From an uncultured virus (IMG/VR IMGVR_UViG_3300047471_000190) (taxonomy: Duplodnaviria > Heunggongvirae > Uroviricota > Caudoviricetes): a DNA stretch of 64,000 nucleotides. Below are positions 29,229 to 37,351 of this stretch, piece after piece. The notes beneath the pieces are model-generated. The model ran no database searches, had not been told where the DNA came from, and saw only the letters and a list, made by a program, of their open reading frames with translations. A program made the translations under genes and the position numbers. The stretch is from the IMG/VR virus record IMGVR_UViG_3300047471_000190; one strand, 5' to 3'. Numbering within the stretch: the first letter of the stretch is position 1; each line of letters opens with the position of its first letter.

Positions 29229-29669
29229 CTACCTCGCAATGTCGATCTTGATGATGATGGCGACTTCTTGACGTCCCTGGCGCGCGGCGATTGCGCGCAT
29301 AGCCTTGTTGTTGACATGCGTCGCGGACTGAATCGACCGCACGTTCGGTAACTTTTCCCTGACATGCTTCAGCAGTTCGGCGAACATCGCGCTGTAGAGG
29401 CCGCGGCCACGAAATTCCGGCAGCACATAGGACTGATGAACCCAAATCCGCGCAGCATCGACGTTCCAAGTGATAACCCCAGCCGGCACCATGTCACGGC
29501 CGTTCCCGATATAGCCGATAAACGCTTGGAGGTTCGCACCCATATTAAGTTCGTGGTCGCTGAGCCCGTGCTCGACATTGTCGAGCCATCCACGCACCGC
29601 AAGTTCGGCCGCCGGGGTGCCGTTCAGGCCGTCAACCAACGTGCAACTGAATGATGCCTCCGAAGTCAT
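29229..29669 (-). CDS. GNAT family N-acetyltransferase
   Basis: YVLPEFRGRGLY acetyl-CoA motif A and N.AM...A..G motif B. Confidence 0.85.
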   Translation of the reverse strand: MTSEASFSCTLVDGLNGTPAAELAVRGWLDNVEHGLSDHELNMGANLQAFIGYIGNGRDMVPAGVITWNVDAARIWVHQSYVLPEFRGRGLYSAMFAELLKHVREKLPNVRSIQSATHVNNKAMRAIAARQGRQEVAIIIKIDIAR

Positions 29670-29956
29670 TCAAGACGCCCCTTGCCGATCGGCGACAGCA
29701 GAAAGCGCTCGAACTTCTGCTGCTTCGCCTTCTGCTTTTCAGTCCAAATAGTGGGGTATCGATCGGAGAACGTTGTAGCTCTCGGCGCCGGCAGCGGCAC
29801 TGGCTTATCGGCCGCGATCGCGCCCGTTATTCGCAACACCAGGACGATGATGCCGCCGATCACCAGCATGGGCGCGATCCGGCTCGAGGGCACAGGTATC
29901 AGCAAGATTCCGCCGACTACCAGCAGCATGAGCGCGAAGAAATAGGTCATGGGCAT
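29666..29956 (-). CDS. Two-TM membrane protein
   Basis: MPMTYFFALMLL start overlapping the upstream stop. Confidence 0.6.
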   Translation of the reverse strand: MPMTYFFALMLLVVGGILLIPVPSSRIAPMLVIGGIIVLVLRITGAIAADKPVPLPAPRATTFSDRYPTIWTEKQKAKQQKFERFLLSPIGKGRLE

Positions 29957-30267
29957 CAATCCTGGTTGCCGTGCGGCGGGAAGTTCGTCGGATGGTGCTG
30001 GCGGTGCCGAAGCGTGCCATCGCTTCGTAGATTGACCGCCTCGCCCGTCGTCCAATTCATGCAGTGAGTATGGCACGGATCATTCAGCGTGTTGGCGTGT
30101 GTGTGAGCACCATCAGTTATGCCGGTCGAATAGTGCGACGGCCGCGGGGTCGGATCGCTGACCGGCACCCATTTGATGTCGACAGATTTCGCCTCGACGA
30201 CTTTCGCAGCAGAGATAATAGCTGCGAATCCTGCGAAGACGGAAAACAAAGAACGGCGACATATCAT
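29956..30267 (-). CDS. Protein with twin-arginine-like leader and fibre-like HTH..DP.HTH motif
   Basis: MICRRSLFSVFAGFAAIISAAKVVEA; GAGG RBS. Confidence 0.55.
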   Translation of the reverse strand: MICRRSLFSVFAGFAAIISAAKVVEAKSVDIKWVPVSDPTPRPSHYSTGITDGAHTHANTLNDPCHTHCMNWTTGEAVNLRSDGTLRHRQHHPTNFPPHGNQD

Positions 30268-30300
30268 GATCGATTTTTCCTCAGCCACCTGCGCAGCACG

Positions 30301-30594
30301 TCAGCCCGGTCGGCGTAATGCCAAGTCCACCAAATACTGCCACCGGGTCATGCCGTCGCCATCCTCGGGGGAATAGATTTGACTGCTAAGCCATCGCTCC
30401 GCATCGCCATCGGCCTGCAGTTCGGGATCGAATGCCCTCGCCGAGTCCGCGCGTTTGGCATAGCTGCCGGTTTCCGTCTGGTGATGATCAGGCTTGAAGC
30501 GCGGTCCCCACACCAGCCAGAGAGCGCCCGCTGTTAGAACCGCCGCCAACGTGAGGCCAGCAAGCCACGGGTTTTCAAGGATGAAGGCGATCAC
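30301..30594 (-). CDS. Single-TM membrane protein
   Basis: AAAGGA RBS, GTG start, N-terminal hydrophobic helix. Confidence 0.55.
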   Translation of the reverse strand: MIAFILENPWLAGLTLAAVLTAGALWLVWGPRFKPDHHQTETGSYAKRADSARAFDPELQADGDAERWLSSQIYSPEDGDGMTRWQYLVDLALRRPG

Positions 30595-30605
30595 GGAAAT
30601 TCCTT

Positions 30606-30797
30606 TCACTCCCCGGGGTATAGTAGTTGCCAATGTACCCATTTGCCGTGACGCATCCGCATATAGAGCATGTGCGCGGTGCAGGCGATTGGATATCCAA
30701 TCATCCAGAGCGCGCCAATACCGATGAAGAACGCGACGGCAAATGGAAACCAATATGGAAATGTTAGGACAAGAAGCAGAAAGGCAATGAGAGTCAC
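30606..30797 (-). CDS. Small membrane protein
   Basis: Very hydrophobic 63 aa; overlapping start/stop. Confidence 0.55.
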   Translation of the reverse strand: MTLIAFLLLVLTFPYWFPFAVAFFIGIGALWMIGYPIACTAHMLYMRMRHGKWVHWQLLYPGE

Positions 30798-31027
30798 CGC
30801 GAAAGTCCCTCTGGCGTCCCATCATGTGGCCGCGCCCTGCCTCCACCGTAGGGCTGTGAATAGCCTTGAGGCGCTATCTTCGGCTTGTCGCGCGTCATGA
30901 CGGGCTGTGAAATTGTCGGACGTTCCGCGGTTCCGAATTGTGTTGGGCAATTGGCCCCTGAGCACCAGGAGGATTGCGCAGCGGCTGGACCAGCAAACAG
31001 CACTACGGCGAGCAGAAAATATTTCAT
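30794..31027 (-). CDS. Small secreted protein
   Basis: MKYFLLAVVLFAGPAAA|QS signal; ATGA-coupled to MuF. Confidence 0.6.
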   Translation of the reverse strand: MKYFLLAVVLFAGPAAAQSSWCSGANCPTQFGTAERPTISQPVMTRDKPKIAPQGYSQPYGGGRARPHDGTPEGLSR

Positions 31028-31851
31028 GAGAATCCCGCGATAACCGAGATCGAGACACACCGACAATTCGGCAGCTCTCCCGGGATAATCCACTTCTTGA
31101 CTTCGGGGTCATACCATCCCTTGGCGACGTCGTACAGCTTGCCGTTGTTCGCAACGTGCGTCGGCCGCGGATGCTTGCCGGCACCTGAGTGCCGCCATTT
31201 AGCTTTTTTGATACCGAGTTCGGTCTGCCGGGCTCGGTTCATGGCTCCGGTAGCGAGATTATTCTGAGAGCGCGCGATGAACGCCGCGCGCTTCTTCGTC
31301 GTGCCGTAGTTCTTTTCGAGGAATCGCGCCAGCGATCCCATATCCCGGCCGGTCTGAACGGAGCGCATCACCGCGCCTTCGACGTTCTTCAGGTACTGCT
31401 CAGGAATCGATTTGATGAGCGCGACGTTCGCGGCCCTGGTCGCATTGAAGACGTCGCGCATGCTGCGCGTCATTTTGAATTTTACGGAGAACCCGCCGTC
31501 ACGCAGGATCTTGCGCAGTGCCGCGTCGGTTCGCGCGCCGACGGCGCCGGTGAAGTAATCAGCCAGTTCCCACGCTGCATTGTCGAAGTTCTTCAGCCAT
31601 CGCTTCGACAGCGCGCGGATGGTGCGGACCAAATCGTTCGCTGGCAGAACGTCGTCCATCGCGAGCAGCGGCGCATTGTTCTTGTAGCGCTTCAGCACCC
31701 AATACTGAACGGAGCGGTCCATCTCCTCGATCAGTCGCTCGAGCTTCACGCGATAGGCAGCCTGCAGGCCTGCGTTTGGGTGCAGCGGCCGGAGGATGAT
31801 CTCCTTGCCGCGCGCCGGCTTAACTTCGGTAGCGCGAAAGGTGCCGTGCAT
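31024..31851 (-). CDS. Head morphogenesis protein (MuF/SPP1 gp7 family), short form
   Basis: NV.LIKSIP, RAAFIARSQ, WRHS..G..PRPTH, PGELPNCRC. Confidence 0.9.
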   Translation of the reverse strand: MHGTFRATEVKPARGKEIILRPLHPNAGLQAAYRVKLERLIEEMDRSVQYWVLKRYKNNAPLLAMDDVLPANDLVRTIRALSKRWLKNFDNAAWELADYFTGAVGARTDAALRKILRDGGFSVKFKMTRSMRDVFNATRAANVALIKSIPEQYLKNVEGAVMRSVQTGRDMGSLARFLEKNYGTTKKRAAFIARSQNNLATGAMNRARQTELGIKKAKWRHSGAGKHPRPTHVANNGKLYDVAKGWYDPEVKKWIIPGELPNCRCVSISVIAGFS

Positions 31852-31895
31852 CTTTGCTCGTCTCCGCAGTCAACCTCTCGCAGAGATTATGCAGA

Positions 31896-32048
31896 TCATC
31901 CCATGCTGGCCTGCAGTATTTCGAGCCCTTCTGAACTGTCGCGCAGCACAAAGTGTTCGCCTGTCGATATCCAGCGGCGGCCGAACACCTTGCCGCGCGG
32001 ATATGCTGGATATGGTTCGTCCGGTAGTGCCATCCGCCGTTCAGACAT
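31896..32048 (-). CDS. Small hypothetical protein
   Basis: Hand-translated MSERRMALPDEPY...QASMG* with AAGGAG RBS; below the ORF-track cut-off. Confidence 0.4.
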   Translation of the reverse strand: MSERRMALPDEPYPAYPRGKVFGRRWISTGEHFVLRDSSEGLEILQASMG

Positions 32049-32059
32049 TTGTCTCTCCT

Positions 32060-32266
32060 TCATGGGTTGATTCCGAGATACGTCAGCATTTCCGTTCGCG
32101 TTCGCTGCGCGGTCAGGAATCCCTTGCGGATAACCTCTCGCGTGCCGGCGACGTCGTCGCGCTCCGTATGCTTGAAGGCGGCGACAAAGGTCTCCCGCAT
32201 TTGGTTTTGAAAGGCCTGGTCGATCGCTTCGGTAGCGAGAGCAGTTACCGATTTTACATCAGGCAT
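32060..32266 (-). CDS. Hypothetical protein
   Basis: In-operon ORF overlapping the upstream stop. Confidence 0.55.
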   Translation of the reverse strand: MPDVKSVTALATEAIDQAFQNQMRETFVAAFKHTERDDVAGTREVIRKGFLTAQRTRTEMLTYLGINP

Positions 32267-32612
32267 CTTTGCCGCTCTGAAACGATTTGTCCGACGTATC
32301 GACGGAACCCTCCCCCAACGCTGGTGTTCCTTCGACTTGGTTCTTCAAGTCATCTGCAAACTTTTTGTTTGCAGCTGCAATCTCAGCCAATTCCTCAGCT
32401 GTGCGGGTATTCGGTAGCCCTGCAGCTTCGGATACGCGCCGCATTGCGGCAATGCCTTCTTCGATTCGATCCTGAATCCGGTGATGATCGTTTACGACCT
32501 GACGCGCCGACTCCTTCACTTGTAGACGACGATGGTTCAAATCATCCGCGTCGTTGTCGAGGCCCTTCAGGTCAGCTTCGACATCCTCCGCAAGCTGGAC
32601 AAACTTTCGCAT
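32259..32612 (-). CDS. Hypothetical coiled-coil protein
   Basis: AAGGA RBS before MRKFVQLAED; alternative start at 32702. Confidence 0.55.
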   Translation of the reverse strand: MRKFVQLAEDVEADLKGLDNDADDLNHRRLQVKESARQVVNDHHRIQDRIEEGIAAMRRVSEAAGLPNTRTAEELAEIAAANKKFADDLKNQVEGTPALGEGSVDTSDKSFQSGKDA

Positions 32613-32622
32613 GATTCGGTCC

Positions 32623-32850
32623 TTACGTTTCTCGCGATTGATGGTGCGCGACAGGTGCAGATCGAGCAGCTGCGTCAGCAGCAATACGTGATCTGGCTTC
32701 ATGGATTGTGATGCCGTAGTAGCGGGCGAGCTTTACCTCGCCGCGATGCTTCTCGCGCCAAATATCGTTCACGGCATTTTGCCGCTCGAGCGACCCGGGA
32801 TGGCGAACCACCCGGGGCACGAGAACTCGCTTTCGAGATCGTGTCATCAA
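32623..32850 (-). CDS. Small basic hypothetical protein
   Basis: Overlaps the upstream stop and fits operon packing. Confidence 0.45.
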   Translation of the reverse strand: MMTRSRKRVLVPRVVRHPGSLERQNAVNDIWREKHRGEVKLARYYGITIHEARSRIAADAAARSAPVAHHQSRET

Positions 32851-33047
32851 TCCTCGTCCTGGTCTTCCTCTGTCCCGCGCTCACGCTGCACCGGCCGGCC
32901 GAGTTCGTCAACGATTTCCGGTTCGAACGGTGGGTCGCCTTCCTTGACCTGGTTCAGCTTGCCGCCGAGCATGCCGGGCGGATGATCCTCCAGCGTAGAC
33001 TGCACCTGGTCAACGGTCTTCTTCGGGTCTTTTGCCATCGGGATCAA
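32847..33047 (-). CDS. Small acidic protein directly downstream of the portal-ART fusion
   Basis: Overlaps or abuts the portal stop; acidic C-terminus. Confidence 0.55.
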   Translation of the reverse strand: MIPMAKDPKKTVDQVQSTLEDHPPGMLGGKLNQVKEGDPPFEPEIVDELGRPVQRERGTEEDQDED

Positions 33048-36000
33048 ACTTCCTGCAGAACAATGTTGGTGCCTTGGCGTGACAAAACCTTGAATCGCGA
33101 GCCGGATTTGAACAGAACCTCGGCCTCGCTAGGATGCGAGGACAGCTTCTGAATGTCCTTGCCGTTCTTGCCGTGGATCGTGAAATTGTGGCTGCCTGAC
33201 CATGTGCCCTGAGTTTTGCTGGTGCTCATGAAGCCGCGCTCCTCGATGACATAACCCGGCTCGTAAAGCGCGACCTGGTCAGGAGTCAGCGACGCCTTTC
33301 GGTAAGTGGTGCCATTGTGCGATGGCAGCTTGTCGAGACCAGCGTTCAGCGACTGCCGGAATTTGTCCTGCGCTTCGGTCATCTTGCCTGCACGCAGCTG
33401 ACTGTTGACCTGGCTGTAGTGCGAGCCGCTGTAGGCAATGATCGGAATCGCATCTGCCGGCGACATATATTTCGAGAGACCTGCAGCTTTGACTTTATTG
33501 GCCGCCGCCGCCGCATACGATGCTCCGGCATCCTTGCCGCCGAACAGCGCCTCGGCCGCTTCGTAATGTAGTTTCAACGTCGGGTCAGCGGCGAACTGCT
33601 CCTCCAGCTCGGCCTTTTGCTTGGCTACCTTTTCGGCAATTTTCTTTTTGGCCTCGTCGAGCGCTTTCTTTTCGGACGCAGCCTTCTCGGCTTTCGATTG
33701 CGCTTCGTACTCGGCCGTCAACTTCGGAAGCACCGCCTGCAGATCCTTGTAGTCTTGGACCTTCTGGTTCAGCTGCTCCGGCGTAAGATTGTCCTTGCCG
33801 GCGTACTTGTCGTTGAAGTCCTTGATGACCAGCACGCCCGCCGGCGCCGTGGTGTTGATCGGCAGCGTCGTCGACTTCACGGCTTTTTTCAGCTCGGCTT
33901 CGGTGGCCTTCGGCGCCGTCTTTGCTTGATAGGCATCGAACACACCGGGCACGATCTTTTCGATCGCAGCCTTGCCAGCCGGCGTGGCATTGCTCGAAAA
34001 CGTCTTTGCCCATTCCGGATTGAACTTGAATAGCCCGGCGATCGCGTGAACGTCCTTGGTTTGTGCGGCCTCGGCAACGGCGCCGAGAAATTGCGAGTAA
34101 TCGGCCGGCGGCGACCCAGCTGCCGGGCCTGCGGGAATGTCTGCAGCCTTCGGCGGCTTCACCTGTCCCGCCGACGAGCCTGGCATCGTCTCCGGCGTGG
34201 TGCTGCCCTTCTTCACCTGAGCCTTGGCCTTGTCCTGCTCTTTCGCCGCGGTCTTCTCCGCATCGGTCAGCGGCGTTCCGAAATACTTGCCGTCTTTTTT
34301 CTCCAGCTTCATGCCGAGCGACTTCGCCTGTGCCGGCATCGAGACTGACGGCCAACCCATGGTCTGCATCAACTCTTTCGGCGTGGTGCCGTTAGTCAGT
34401 AGATGCGCGATATGCTCCTTCTTCGACTTGAAGGCGCTCGCGACAGCGGCGCTCTTGCCGTCCTCTTTGGCGCCCGTCGAACCGCCGCCGCCAGTCGAGG
34501 AGAATTTGCCGTCCTTGTCGCGCTTGTGCTTGGATTCCTCGAAACTCTGCTCGTCCATCGCAAAGCAATCGTCGGCGATCTCGATCACGTCACCGTCGAA
34601 GTCGATATCGTCCTCGTCGTCTTCCTCATCGCCGTCGGCATCGAGCGCCGCGGTCATCATCGCCTCGTCCGGATCCTCGTCCTGCGCAATGCCGAACTTC
34701 TGCGCCATGTTCTTTTTGCGCGCGATTAGCCGATCGGCGAGCGCCTGGTCGTCACCGACGGTGCTGCGGATATCGGCATCGGAGATCGACGTCACGCGCT
34801 CGATCGAGGATTTGATCTCGTCGTCGGTCATCTTGCCGAACAGTCCCGCGGCGTCAGGGTTCATGTTCTTGTCGCGCAACGTGTCGAGTTCAGTCACTTG
34901 GTCGCCGAACGCCTTGCCCTTTTCGCCGCCCTGCGCGCGGTAGCGCAAGCTGCCGCCGACGTCGAGCGTGGTAGGCTTGCCGCCCATGATGCCCTGGTTA
35001 TCGCCGCCGAGCCCGGCCGCATCCCAATTCGACAACCATGCGTGCACGGCGAAGTCAGCAGCCGCGGCCTTCTTTTCCGCCGGCGTGAACTTCGCGATGT
35101 TGTTCTTGTCTAGATCCTGCCACGCGGTCACGACGTGATTGGGCCCGGCCTCGCGATAATCCAACGTGTTGACGCCGGCGAGCTGGTAGAGCTTGGCCGC
35201 AGTCTTCTCGTTCGTGACGTGCGCCTGGCTTGCCGGCTTCTTGACGTAGAACTTGCCGCCGGCGTCGTCCGTGTAGACGCCGCCTTCATTGCTGCCGAGT
35301 TTGCCGCCCTGCTTCTTCAGCGACGAGACGTTGAGAGGCGCCGATGAGTTCGGCTGCGCCAATGGTGCGGTCATAGTCTTTTTGCCAGCCGTTGATGACT
35401 TCGGGCTCGTACCACCGCCCCCCGACCCAAATTTGCCGTCGTCCGCCCGCGGGTGCTCGTCTTCGTTCCATTCGTCACTTGCTCCATCGAAAGCTTTGTC
35501 GGCCGGCCCCTTGCCGCCTCCGCCGCCTGGACTACGGCTGCCGCCGTTTCCGCCGTCGCCGCCTTCATCGTCGCCGCCCATGCCGGGCTGCTGCTCCGGC
35601 ACGTCCTCCGGATTGATATCCGAATAGCGGGACTCAGGCTGCGCGGCCACCGCCTTGCGCACTTCGCCCGGGTCGAGCACGCCGCTATCGATGCGAATCT
35701 GGTCGGTCTCGGCCTCGATCTTCTGAATCTCGGCCTGCTCCTTTTCGGTCATAGACCAAAGCGGCTCGAACTCGAATGTTATCTCCTCGTCGATTTCGCC
35801 CCACAGGTGCAGCATGATGAAGTGGATCACGGCCTGGAGCTGGTCGCGGAAAAAGGATTCCTGGTATGCGTGGATCCAGTCGTAGAACGCCCTGATCTCG
35901 CCTTCGCTCGAGGCGTTCAGCCCGGTCGGCGTAATGCCAAGCAAGATGATCAGCGGAATGCCGCTGACTGACGACATCTGCTCCTGGCTTTGGGCCTGGA

Positions 36001-37351
36001 GCGCGTCGAGAGTTCCGAGCGGCGTCGAGACGTTGAAGAACTCCTCGGTATCCTTGTCGAGCGCAAAAGCACCGGCGTTCGATCGCATGACGTTGAACAG
36101 TTCGATGCGCTTCAGCGCTTCGACGCCGCCGTCCTGCAGCGTGCCCTGCATGTTCGTATAAACGCCGCTGACAGAGAACGACTCGATCAGATCGGCCACC
36201 GCCTGCCTGGTGCGCAGCCAGTTGTCGACGTAGGGCTTCGCCATCTGCGACATCGACAGTCCGCCGAACGCATAGGCGGGCTTGAGGATGTCGGGGACTT
36301 CGCGGCCGACAAAGCACATGAGCCGCGATCGGTGTATCTCGATGCCGTTCGCATACCAGCGATCGGGATTGTAGAAGCCCTCCTTGAGCGGGTTGGCGGC
36401 CTCATAGGTTGCGGGATAGCACCACATCGGCTCAACAGTGCGGAAGGCTTTGATACAGCCCTTGCGTATCTTGCCGCGGCTCGTGGCGTTCGATCCATTG
36501 CCTATCGACGTCTTCAGTTCTTCGCGCGCCTCCGGCTTGTCGATATCGACAAGGTGGAAACCTTTCTTGATGCGAACATCGCAGAACAGGTGATAGCGGC
36601 CAAACCAGCCATCGCCCTCGGCGATATTGTAGAACGCATCCTTGATCTTGAAGCCACGCATCGCGTCTTCAAGCTCTTTGATCCGTTTTGCCTTCTTGGC
36701 GCTTTCGACCTTTGCAACGGAATCGCGCACGCGGTCACGATCGGACTGCGCCTTCTCAGCAGCTGTCGCGGCCGCAACTTCCGGCCCCTCTCCAGCGTCC
36801 TCCTCTGGATCATCAAGCGGGTCCGAACCAACCTGCTCCTGGTCGAGCTGCGCCGCCGGCTCGCCTGTCTCCGCGCTGGTCTTGCTGACGACGTGCAGCT
36901 TGATCCATTTGCGGGTCATCTCGGTCGCAATGCGTTCCGAGATCCGGCGATACTCTGGCCGCTGTGTCAATTGCGCCAGATACGCGTAGCCGAGAAAACC
37001 AATGCCCTCCTCGAACAGCTGCCCGTCGGCGCCGCCCCATTGCATCAGCCCAGAAAATGCGGTGGCGCCCAAAGCCTCGTCAAGCGCCATCGGCTTGACG
37101 TCCGGTGGCAGCACGCTCGGCGGTGGCACGTAAGGCTGAAATGGATTGCCATTCTCGATCGTGCGCGGTGTCTTGCGGTTGAGCCGGTGGCTCATTCCGC
37201 GCGCGTGCAGCAATACATCGTCCTTGATCTTCAGCGGCTTCTTTTCCGCTGCCGTGAGAGCTTTCGCTGCAGGCTTGGCGACAGCAGCCGCCTTTGCTGC
37301 GCGCCGTGCAGCCACGCGATTGAAGCCCACTGGCAGCTTGGTAACGCTCAT
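33044..37351 (-). CDS. Portal protein (DUF1073-like) fused to kinase-like, wHTH-like and ADP-ribosyltransferase domains
   Basis: Portal motifs (GFLGYAYLAQLTQRPEYR, LKPAYAFGGLS, LLGITPTGLNASSEGEIR, FEPLW); kinase YVK/NE/NWD..DN/LDVG; ART YR/STS/ExE. Confidence 0.9.
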   Translation of the reverse strand: MSVTKLPVGFNRVAARRAAKAAAVAKPAAKALTAAEKKPLKIKDDVLLHARGMSHRLNRKTPRTIENGNPFQPYVPPPSVLPPDVKPMALDEALGATAFSGLMQWGGADGQLFEEGIGFLGYAYLAQLTQRPEYRRISERIATEMTRKWIKLHVVSKTSAETGEPAAQLDQEQVGSDPLDDPEEDAGEGPEVAAATAAEKAQSDRDRVRDSVAKVESAKKAKRIKELEDAMRGFKIKDAFYNIAEGDGWFGRYHLFCDVRIKKGFHLVDIDKPEAREELKTSIGNGSNATSRGKIRKGCIKAFRTVEPMWCYPATYEAANPLKEGFYNPDRWYANGIEIHRSRLMCFVGREVPDILKPAYAFGGLSMSQMAKPYVDNWLRTRQAVADLIESFSVSGVYTNMQGTLQDGGVEALKRIELFNVMRSNAGAFALDKDTEEFFNVSTPLGTLDALQAQSQEQMSSVSGIPLIILLGITPTGLNASSEGEIRAFYDWIHAYQESFFRDQLQAVIHFIMLHLWGEIDEEITFEFEPLWSMTEKEQAEIQKIEAETDQIRIDSGVLDPGEVRKAVAAQPESRYSDINPEDVPEQQPGMGGDDEGGDGGNGGSRSPGGGGGKGPADKAFDGASDEWNEDEHPRADDGKFGSGGGGTSPKSSTAGKKTMTAPLAQPNSSAPLNVSSLKKQGGKLGSNEGGVYTDDAGGKFYVKKPASQAHVTNEKTAAKLYQLAGVNTLDYREAGPNHVVTAWQDLDKNNIAKFTPAEKKAAAADFAVHAWLSNWDAAGLGGDNQGIMGGKPTTLDVGGSLRYRAQGGEKGKAFGDQVTELDTLRDKNMNPDAAGLFGKMTDDEIKSSIERVTSISDADIRSTVGDDQALADRLIARKKNMAQKFGIAQDEDPDEAMMTAALDADGDEEDDEDDIDFDGDVIEIADDCFAMDEQSFEESKHKRDKDGKFSSTGGGGSTGAKEDGKSAAVASAFKSKKEHIAHLLTNGTTPKELMQTMGWPSVSMPAQAKSLGMKLEKKDGKYFGTPLTDAEKTAAKEQDKAKAQVKKGSTTPETMPGSSAGQVKPPKAADIPAGPAAGSPPADYSQFLGAVAEAAQTKDVHAIAGLFKFNPEWAKTFSSNATPAGKAAIEKIVPGVFDAYQAKTAPKATEAELKKAVKSTTLPINTTAPAGVLVIKDFNDKYAGKDNLTPEQLNQKVQDYKDLQAVLPKLTAEYEAQSKAEKAASEKKALDEAKKKIAEKVAKQKAELEEQFAADPTLKLHYEAAEALFGGKDAGASYAAAAANKVKAAGLSKYMSPADAIPIIAYSGSHYSQVNSQLRAGKMTEAQDKFRQSLNAGLDKLPSHNGTTYRKASLTPDQVALYEPGYVIEERGFMSTSKTQGTWSGSHNFTIHGKNGKDIQKLSSHPSEAEVLFKSGSRFKVLSRQGTNIVLQEV

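Noticed and set aside
8578..30267. Diversity-generating retroelement template/variable pair between the fibre and the 29956 ORF
   Set aside because: Similarity is short and mostly at protein level, differences are not adenine-specific, and no reverse transcriptase is in the window
31024..31851. MuF-toxin fusion
   Set aside because: MuF ends right after NCRC; the toxin domains are on the portal
35600..37351. Calling the DUF1073 region an anti-CBASS nuclease
   Set aside because: Position after terL and the motifs indicate a portal; no HxT/HxS phosphoesterase pair was recognised
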